The notes under the pieces: model-generated
Told to the model about the DNA's origin: nothing
What the model saw: the letters and a program-made list of their open reading frames with translations, nothing else
The model's database searches: none
Part shown: positions 58,416-64,000 of the stretch, in pieces
Position numbering within the stretch: the stretch's first letter is position 1
Layout of the letters: every line of letters begins with the position of its first letter
Assembly (NCBI GenBank): GCA_965223545.1
Contig: OZ245006.1
Location: forward strand, 1,088,001 to 1,152,000
From: Planctomycetota bacterium
GTDB lineage: Bacteria; Planctomycetota; UBA1135; UBA2386
Length of the DNA: 64,000 nt
Direction of reading: 5' to 3'
Position numbers and translations under genes: made by a program

Positions 58416-59117
58416 ATGTCCACCATGCCCCAGCGCCTCGGCGCAGAGTTCCTCGGCACCTTCTGGCTCGTCCTCGGCGGTTGCGGCAGCGCCGTGCTCG
58501 CCGCCGCGTTCCCCGACGTCGGCATCGGCTTGCTCGGCGTGTCCCTCGCGTTCGGCCTGACGGTGTTGACGATGGCGTACGCGATCGGCCACATCTCCGG
58601 CTGCCACCTCAACCCGGCGGTGTCCTTGGGGCTTTGCGTCGGCGGGCGGTTTCCGGCGCGCGAGCTGCTGCCGTACACCGTCGCGCAGCTCGCCGGTGCC
58701 GCCGCCGCGGCGGCCGTCCTCTACGTCATCGCCAGCGGCAAGGCCGGCTTCGAACTCGGCGGCTTCGCCGCCAACGGTTACGACGGGCACAGCCCCGGCG
58801 GCTACGCGCTGGTGGCGTGTTTCGTCGCCGAGGCGGTGCTGACCTTCGTGTTCTTGTTCGTCATCCTCGGCAGCACCGACCGCCGCGCGCCCGCGGGCTT
58901 GGCGCCAATCGCGATCGGCCTGTGCCTCACGCTGATCCACTTGGTCAGCATCCCGGTGACCAACACCTCGGTGAACCCGGCGCGCTCGACCTCGCAAGCG
59001 CTGTTCGTGGGCGACTGGGCGCTGTCTCAGCTGTGGCTGTTCTGGGTCGCGCCGCTCGCCGGTGCCGCTGTCGCCGGCATCGTCTACCCGCTGGTCGCCG
59101 GCAGGGACGAGGGCTGA
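58416..59117 (+). CDS. aqpZ: Aquaporin Z
   Basis: [44 protein letters not shown]. Confidence 0.96.
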   Translation: MSTMPQRLGAEFLGTFWLVLGGCGSAVLAAAFPDVGIGLLGVSLAFGLTVLTMAYAIGHISGCHLNPAVSLGLCVGGRFPARELLPYTVAQLAGAAAAAAVLYVIASGKAGFELGGFAANGYDGHSPGGYALVACFVAEAVLTFVFLFVILGSTDRRAPAGLAPIAIGLCLTLIHLVSIPVTNTSVNPARSTSQALFVGDWALSQLWLFWVAPLAGAAVAGIVYPLVAGRDEG

Positions 59118-59148
59118 GCCCGCCGCGGACGCGCGGACGGAACCGACC

Positions 59149-60135
59149 TCACCGCACGGCGGCCTCGCGCAGACGCAGCTGCGCCGGCCCGCCGGCATCG
59201 CGACAGTCCAGGCGGGCGCCGGCGCCGAACGGCAGCGTCCAAGAGCGCGGGCGATGCCCGAACGGGAAGCCATAGGCGACCGGGATGCCGAGATCGGCGG
59301 TGCGCTCGTGCAGCACGGCGGTGATCGCCGGGTCCTCGCTGGCGAGCGGTCGCCCCTCGGTGTGGAAGTCGCCGAAGATCACGCCGGCGGCGCGCTGCAG
59401 GAAGCCGCCCAGCCGCAGCTGGGTCAGCATTCGGTCGACGCGGTACGGAGCCTCGTCGACGTCTTCCAAGAACAGCAGCGCGCCGCGGGTCTCGATCTGC
59501 CACCGGCTGCCGAGCAGCGCGGTGACCAGCGTCAAGTTGCCGCCGACCAACCGCCCCTCCGCCGTGCCCGGCGTGATCGCGTGCGGCACGTGCTCGCCGT
59601 CCGCCGGCAAGGGCACCGGCGCCGCGCGGCCGAGCAACGTGCGCTGCAAAGTCTCGAAAGCGCCACTCGGCGCCAGCTCCTCGCCGTGCGCCACCATCGG
59701 CCCGTGCAGACCGACCAGCCCGACCTCGCGCCACACGGCCGCCAGCAGCGCGGTCAGGTCACTGAAGCCGACGATGGGCTTGGGATCCCGGGCGAGGCCC
59801 TCGAACTCCAGCCGCTCGAGAATGCGCATGCAGCCGTAGCCACCGCGGGTCGCGAAGATGCCGCGGATCTCCGGGTCGTCGATCGCAGCCTGTAGATCGG
59901 CCGCCCGCGCCTCGTCGGTGCCGCCGAGATAGTCGCGCTGGTCGCGCGCGTGTGGCATCAACACCGGCTCGAGCCGCCAGCTCTTCAGCCGCGCCAAACC
60001 GCGCCGCAAACCCTCGGCGTCGCGCACTGGGCCGGCGGGAGAGAGCACGGCGACGCGGTCCCCCAGCCGCAGTGCCGGTGCGCGCCGCACCCGCCGCTGC
60101 GGCGACTCGATGGAATCTGGAACGGAAGCCGGCAT
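59149..60135 (-). CDS. LD-carboxypeptidase (S66)
   Basis: RGGYG, GFSDLT, HGPM, GGNL, LFLED, FGH. Confidence 0.92.
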   Translation of the reverse strand: MPASVPDSIESPQRRVRRAPALRLGDRVAVLSPAGPVRDAEGLRRGLARLKSWRLEPVLMPHARDQRDYLGGTDEARAADLQAAIDDPEIRGIFATRGGYGCMRILERLEFEGLARDPKPIVGFSDLTALLAAVWREVGLVGLHGPMVAHGEELAPSGAFETLQRTLLGRAAPVPLPADGEHVPHAITPGTAEGRLVGGNLTLVTALLGSRWQIETRGALLFLEDVDEAPYRVDRMLTQLRLGGFLQRAAGVIFGDFHTEGRPLASEDPAITAVLHERTADLGIPVAYGFPFGHRPRSWTLPFGAGARLDCRDAGGPAQLRLREAAVR

Positions 60136-60147
60136 CGCCCGCCGACG

Positions 60148-61071
60148 TTACCCGTTGGCCGGCACGGGATCGACGCGCGCCAGCCGCGCGTAGAGCGCGG
60201 TGAGCCGTGCGGCCGCGGCACGGTGGCGCGCCGCGCGCCCCGCCGGGGGAAGCTGATGGCGCAGATCGCGCGCCCGCCACAAATGGTACACCGCGCGCTC
60301 CAGCGCTCCCTCGTGCTCGGCGATCGCGGCCATCTCCCAGTGCGCCTCGCCGTGGTCGGGGTCGAGCAGCAGCAGCTCGCCGAGCAGCGCCCGCGCCTCG
60401 TCCAGCGCGCCGGCATCGACCTCCAAGCGCGCCAGCTCGAGCAGCGCCGGCGCCCGGCCAGCGGCGCGCTGCCGCGCCATCGTCAGCGCCGCGCGGGCGC
60501 CCTCGAGGTCACCGCCGGCCCGCAGCGCCCGCCCGAGCAGCAGCTGCGCCGCGGCGTCGCCCGGCACCCGCGCCACCGCCTGCCGCAACAACCGCACGGC
60601 GGCCTCACGCCGTCCCGCCCGCAGCCAATGGGCGGCCAACGCGGTGCGCGGCTCTGCCAACTCGGGGCGCGCCTCGATCAACGCCCGCAGCCGCGCCTCG
60701 GCACCGGCCGGATCGTCAGCGACGTCGGCCGCCGCGCGGTTGATGGCGGCGCGCACGTGGCCCGGGCGCCGCGAGAGCAGCGCGTCGTAGTGGCGCGTCG
60801 CCTCGGTGCGGAGCGCGGCCGCACGCGGCCCGGACTCCAGCTCGGCGGCGCGCTGCTCGAGCGCCACCGCGAGGTTGAACTGCGCGTTGTCGTCGGCGGG
60901 ATCGTCCGCCAGCGCGGTGCGATACTCGGCGACGGCCGCTTCGAGCTCCCCGCCGGCGTGGTGATAGACGCCGCGGTTGAACGCGGTGCGCACCGGGGTG
61001 ATGCCGGGGCCGCCGCCGAAACAACCAGCCGCGGCGAGCACACCGGCGACGACGAACACCCTAACGCCCAC
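60148..61071 (-). CDS. TPR repeat lipoprotein
   Basis: Lipobox AAGC. FNRGVYHH..A...Y..AL..DP..AQFNLA and further TPR-like helices. Confidence 0.8.
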   Translation of the reverse strand: MGVRVFVVAGVLAAAGCFGGGPGITPVRTAFNRGVYHHAGGELEAAVAEYRTALADDPADDNAQFNLAVALEQRAAELESGPRAAALRTEATRHYDALLSRRPGHVRAAINRAAADVADDPAGAEARLRALIEARPELAEPRTALAAHWLRAGRREAAVRLLRQAVARVPGDAAAQLLLGRALRAGGDLEGARAALTMARQRAAGRAPALLELARLEVDAGALDEARALLGELLLLDPDHGEAHWEMAAIAEHEGALERAVYHLWRARDLRHQLPPAGRAARHRAAAARLTALYARLARVDPVPANG

Positions 61072-62230
61072 GGCGCTCCTCTCGCTGACCGAACGGCGCG
61101 GCCCGCCCTTCGTTCCACAGCGGACTGAAGTCGCCGACCGGCGCCTCGAGATCGGGCTCGTCGTCGCCGAACAGCAGCACGGACGGATCCGCGCGCATCT
61201 TGCGCAGCGCCATCTCCGCCTGCCACACCGCCCGGCGCAGGCGACGCACGGTCTCCGCCACTTCGCCCCGGTTGTCGGCGATCACACCGCCGGCGCCGCG
61301 CAACATCCCGGTGGCGTCGCCGAGCACGGTGCGCAGGTCGGTCTCCAGCGCCGCCAGCCGCGCATCAGCGTCCCGGGTGGCAGCCACCAACTCCGCCAAG
61401 ACGTCACGGACACCGGGGCGCACGTCGCCGACCAGCGCGCTGCTCTCGTCGAGCAGCTGCTCGGCGCGCGGCAGGGTCTCGTCGAGCACGCGGCCGCGCA
61501 GCGCGGTGATGGCCTCGTCCAGGTTCCGCACCATGGCTTGCGCCGGTTGCAGGATGCGCTGGTCGACGCCGGTCGCCGCGCCGGCGTCCAACAGGCGTCG
61601 CGCGTCGGCCAGCCCGGCGCCCAGGGTCTCCAGGACGGCGCGCACCCGGCCGAGGCCGTCCGGCCCCAGCAGGTCGTCGTTGATGGTGCTGACGACCGCG
61701 TCGATCCCGCGCAGGATCGGCACCGTGGCATCGACGACCGCGTCCCAACCGGCGACGGGTCGAGCCCGCAACTCGACGGGGGCCGCCGCCAGCTGCTCGC
61801 CGGCGGTGGGCGCGGGAGCGTCGGCTGGCCACGTGCCGGGATCGAGCACCAGGTAGTGGCGGCCCAAGAACCCGTCCTGGCCCAAGCCGACACTCGCGCG
61901 CTCCACCGCCAGCCGCAGATCGAGGGCGTCGAGCGAGAACGAGACCTCGACCAGATGCCCGTGCCGCGGCGTCGGGCTCGCCGGGTCGACCTCGCGCGCT
62001 ACGAGGCGCAGCTCGCGCACCGTGCCGACGCGGCGGCCGGCGACGGTGACCTTGGCGCCGGCGTCCAGCGTCTTGACGTCCGAGAAGTGCGCGTGGCACA
62101 AGAGCTCGCTGCCGCGCGCGGCGGCGAACAGGTCCAGATCACCGACGCGGAAGGCAAACAGCGCGAACAGCGCGACGGCCGCCAGGACGAACAGGCCGGA
62201 GACGATCTCGTTGCGCCGGTAGCTCGCCAT
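61061..62230 (-). CDS. MCE/MlaD family protein
   Basis: EIVSGLFV TM, FSDVKTLDAGAKVTVAGRRVGTV, GFLGRHYL, helical tail ending DPSVLLFG. Confidence 0.85.
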   Translation of the reverse strand: MASYRRNEIVSGLFVLAAVALFALFAFRVGDLDLFAAARGSELLCHAHFSDVKTLDAGAKVTVAGRRVGTVRELRLVAREVDPASPTPRHGHLVEVSFSLDALDLRLAVERASVGLGQDGFLGRHYLVLDPGTWPADAPAPTAGEQLAAAPVELRARPVAGWDAVVDATVPILRGIDAVVSTINDDLLGPDGLGRVRAVLETLGAGLADARRLLDAGAATGVDQRILQPAQAMVRNLDEAITALRGRVLDETLPRAEQLLDESSALVGDVRPGVRDVLAELVAATRDADARLAALETDLRTVLGDATGMLRGAGGVIADNRGEVAETVRRLRRAVWQAEMALRKMRADPSVLLFGDDEPDLEAPVGDFSPLWNEGRAAPFGQREERRGR

Positions 62231-62235
62231 CTCGT

Positions 62236-63051
62236 CTACATCAACAGGTCGCGCAGGTAGTCGCGTTCGCTGGTGGCACCGCGCTGCGGGCCCTCGAGGG
62301 CACCGGTGCGAAACTGCCGCACGCGCGGATCGTCACTCGAGCGCAGGGTGTCGAGATCGCCGTCCAGGATCACCTGTCCGCGGTCCAGCATCACGACATG
62401 ATCGGCGATGCGCTCGACGCTTTCCATCACGTGGGTGACCACGCAGCTGGTGATGCCCATGGTCGTCTTCAGCTCGTTGATCAAGTGATCGATCCGCGTC
62501 GTCGCGATCGGGTCTAAGCCGGCGGAGGGCTCGTCGTAGAACAGGATGCGCGGATCGAGCGCCAGGGCGCGCGCCACCGCCGCGCGTTTCTGCATGCCGC
62601 CCGACAGCTCGCTCGGCAGCCGGTCGGCGGCGTGCAGCAGGTCGACCTGGTGCAGCTTGATCTTCACCATCGTGTCGATGGTGTCCGCGTCGAGGTCGGT
62701 GTGGTAGCGCAGCGGCAGCGCCACGTTTTGGGCGACGGTGAGCGAGTTGAGCAGCGCGCCGCTCTGGAACATCACGCCGAACTGCCGGCGGATCCGGTCG
62801 GCGTGCCGCCCCCGTGCCGCGCCGAGATCGTCGCCGAGGATCACGACCTGGCCCGCACTGGCCGGCTCGGCGCCGATCATCACTTTCAGCAGGGTCGACT
62901 TGCCGCCCCCCGAGCCACCGAGAATGCACAGCGTCTCGCCCCGCCGCACCGAGAACGACACGCCGCGCAGTACCTCGACCGCGCCGTAGCGCTTCTCGAC
63001 GGCGCGCACCTCGACCGCCACTGCGCCGTCGTCGGTGCCGACTCCCGTCAT
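62236..63051 (-). CDS. mlaF: MlaF/Mkl-type ABC ATP-binding protein
   Basis: GGSGGGKST, FQSGALL, LSGGMQKR, YDEPSAGLDP, VTH. ATG 63051 overlaps the permease stop. Confidence 0.88.
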   Translation of the reverse strand: MTGVGTDDGAVAVEVRAVEKRYGAVEVLRGVSFSVRRGETLCILGGSGGGKSTLLKVMIGAEPASAGQVVILGDDLGAARGRHADRIRRQFGVMFQSGALLNSLTVAQNVALPLRYHTDLDADTIDTMVKIKLHQVDLLHAADRLPSELSGGMQKRAAVARALALDPRILFYDEPSAGLDPIATTRIDHLINELKTTMGITSCVVTHVMESVERIADHVVMLDRGQVILDGDLDTLRSSDDPRVRQFRTGALEGPQRGATSERDYLRDLLM

Positions 63052-63857
63052 GACAGCAGGTAGTTGACCGAGAACGCGGTCAGCACGGCGTCGGCGACGA
63101 CGACCACCACCAGCCCGGTGACGACGGCGACCATGGTATAGCGGCCGAGTCCGGTGGGCCCGCCCTCGGCGATCAGGCCGAAGTAGCAGGAGACGACGCT
63201 GATCAACACGGCGAACACCGTGGCCTTCAACAGGCCGCTCCACAGGTCGGCCAGGCCGAGGTACTGGAACGTGTTCTCGGCGTAGTAGGACAGCGGCAGG
63301 TCGTACACCGCGTCGGCGACGACCGCGCCGCCGAGGATACCCATCAGATAGGCGATCACCGTCAGACACGGCAGCATCACCAGCAGCGCCAAGAAGCGCG
63401 GCGCGACCAGGTAGCCGGACGGCGGAATCGCCATCGTCTCCAGCGCCAGCACCTCTTCGTTCAGCTTCATCGAGGCCAACACCGCCGTGAACGAAGCGCC
63501 GATCCGCGCGGTCATCACCACCGCGGTCATCAGCGGACCCAGCTCGCGCACCACCGCCAGCGCGACCAGCCCGGGCGCTTCGTGGATCTGGCCGTAGCGC
63601 TGCATCACGTCGCCGGTCTGCAACACCATGATGGCGCCGACCAGGAAGTTCACCAGCGCGACGATCGGCAGCGAACGCGCGCCGACGTTGCAGAGCAAAG
63701 GCGGCAGCTGGTCGCGCAGCGCGCCGGCGCCGCGCAGCGGTGCCACGGTCGAGTGGTACAGCGCCGCGCCGAACACGTGCGCCATGCCGGAGGCGTGCTC
63801 GAGCGGCCGCCGCACCGCGGCGTGCACGAGCCCCTCGCGCGCCGGCACCGCCGTCAC
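63048..63857 (-). CDS. mlaE: MlaE family ABC permease
   Basis: RELGPLMTAVVMTARIGASFTA..MKLNEEVLALETM..YLVAPR. Confidence 0.88.
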   Translation of the reverse strand: MTAVPAREGLVHAAVRRPLEHASGMAHVFGAALYHSTVAPLRGAGALRDQLPPLLCNVGARSLPIVALVNFLVGAIMVLQTGDVMQRYGQIHEAPGLVALAVVRELGPLMTAVVMTARIGASFTAVLASMKLNEEVLALETMAIPPSGYLVAPRFLALLVMLPCLTVIAYLMGILGGAVVADAVYDLPLSYYAENTFQYLGLADLWSGLLKATVFAVLISVVSCYFGLIAEGGPTGLGRYTMVAVVTGLVVVVVADAVLTAFSVNYLLS

Positions 63858-64000
63858 CGCTTCTGACCGTCCCGCTCGATGACGAACAGCGGCTGCAGCT
63901 GCGCCAGCTCCAGCACCGAGTCGACGCGCGCGCTGGGATTGCGCAGCACGAAGCGCGCGCCCTGGCGCCCGGCCTGCTTGAGGCCCTGGATCAGCACCGC
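63854..64000 (-). CDS. STAS domain protein (MlaB/anti-anti-sigma-like), 3' part only
   Basis: Minus strand reads AVLIQGLKQAGRQGARFVLRNPSARVDSVLELAQLQPLFVIERDGQKR*. GTGA overlap with mlaE. Confidence 0.75.
   Translation of the reverse strand, partial: AVLIQGLKQAGRQGARFVLRNPSARVDSVLELAQLQPLFVIERDGQKR

Overview
Very GC-rich bacterial DNA, by eye about 70% or more. The gene content (ECF sigma/Ser-Thr kinase pair, BlaI/M56 pair, membrane-anchored ECF with a long extension, many secreted proteins) suggests a Planctomycetota genome; this is inference. Contents in order: (1) a Tat-ankyrin/rhodanese/DCC operon, an ECF-kinase pair and a BlaI/M56 pair (0-6.7 kb); (2) a deletion scar fusing a Ddl-like ATP-grasp pseudogene to a gamma-glutamyltransferase pseudogene; (3) a convergent two-gene NRPS/PKS cluster (8.2-23.6 kb), split by a ~200-bp palindromic repeat array and a lower-GC TlpA-like lipoprotein. 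Gene 1 is C-A(Leu-like)-PCP-KS(Cys->Ser)-AT-KR-ACP-DH-ER and gene 2 is KS-degenerate AT-ACP-luciferase-like monooxygenase; (4) an M14 peptidase, a 6-TM winged-helix regulator, a small secreted peptide and an ECF with a duplicated unknown domain; (5) a lower-GC block of secreted proteins: a metzincin protease whose start is frameshifted by a (TC)15 tract (candidate phase-variation switch) and two tandem paralogs with a variable core; (6) fda, rlmD, an S8 protease and a beta-propeller protein; (7) a translationally coupled Fe3+-type ABC transporter + pentaheme cytochrome c + HEAT lipoprotein operon; (8) an SGNH protein, SWIM/SNF2, an M14 peptidase, DUF2959, aqpZ, an LD-carboxypeptidase and an Mla/MCE operon. 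No rRNA, tRNA, CRISPR array or transposase was recognised. All family assignments come from reading motifs by eye; no database search was run.
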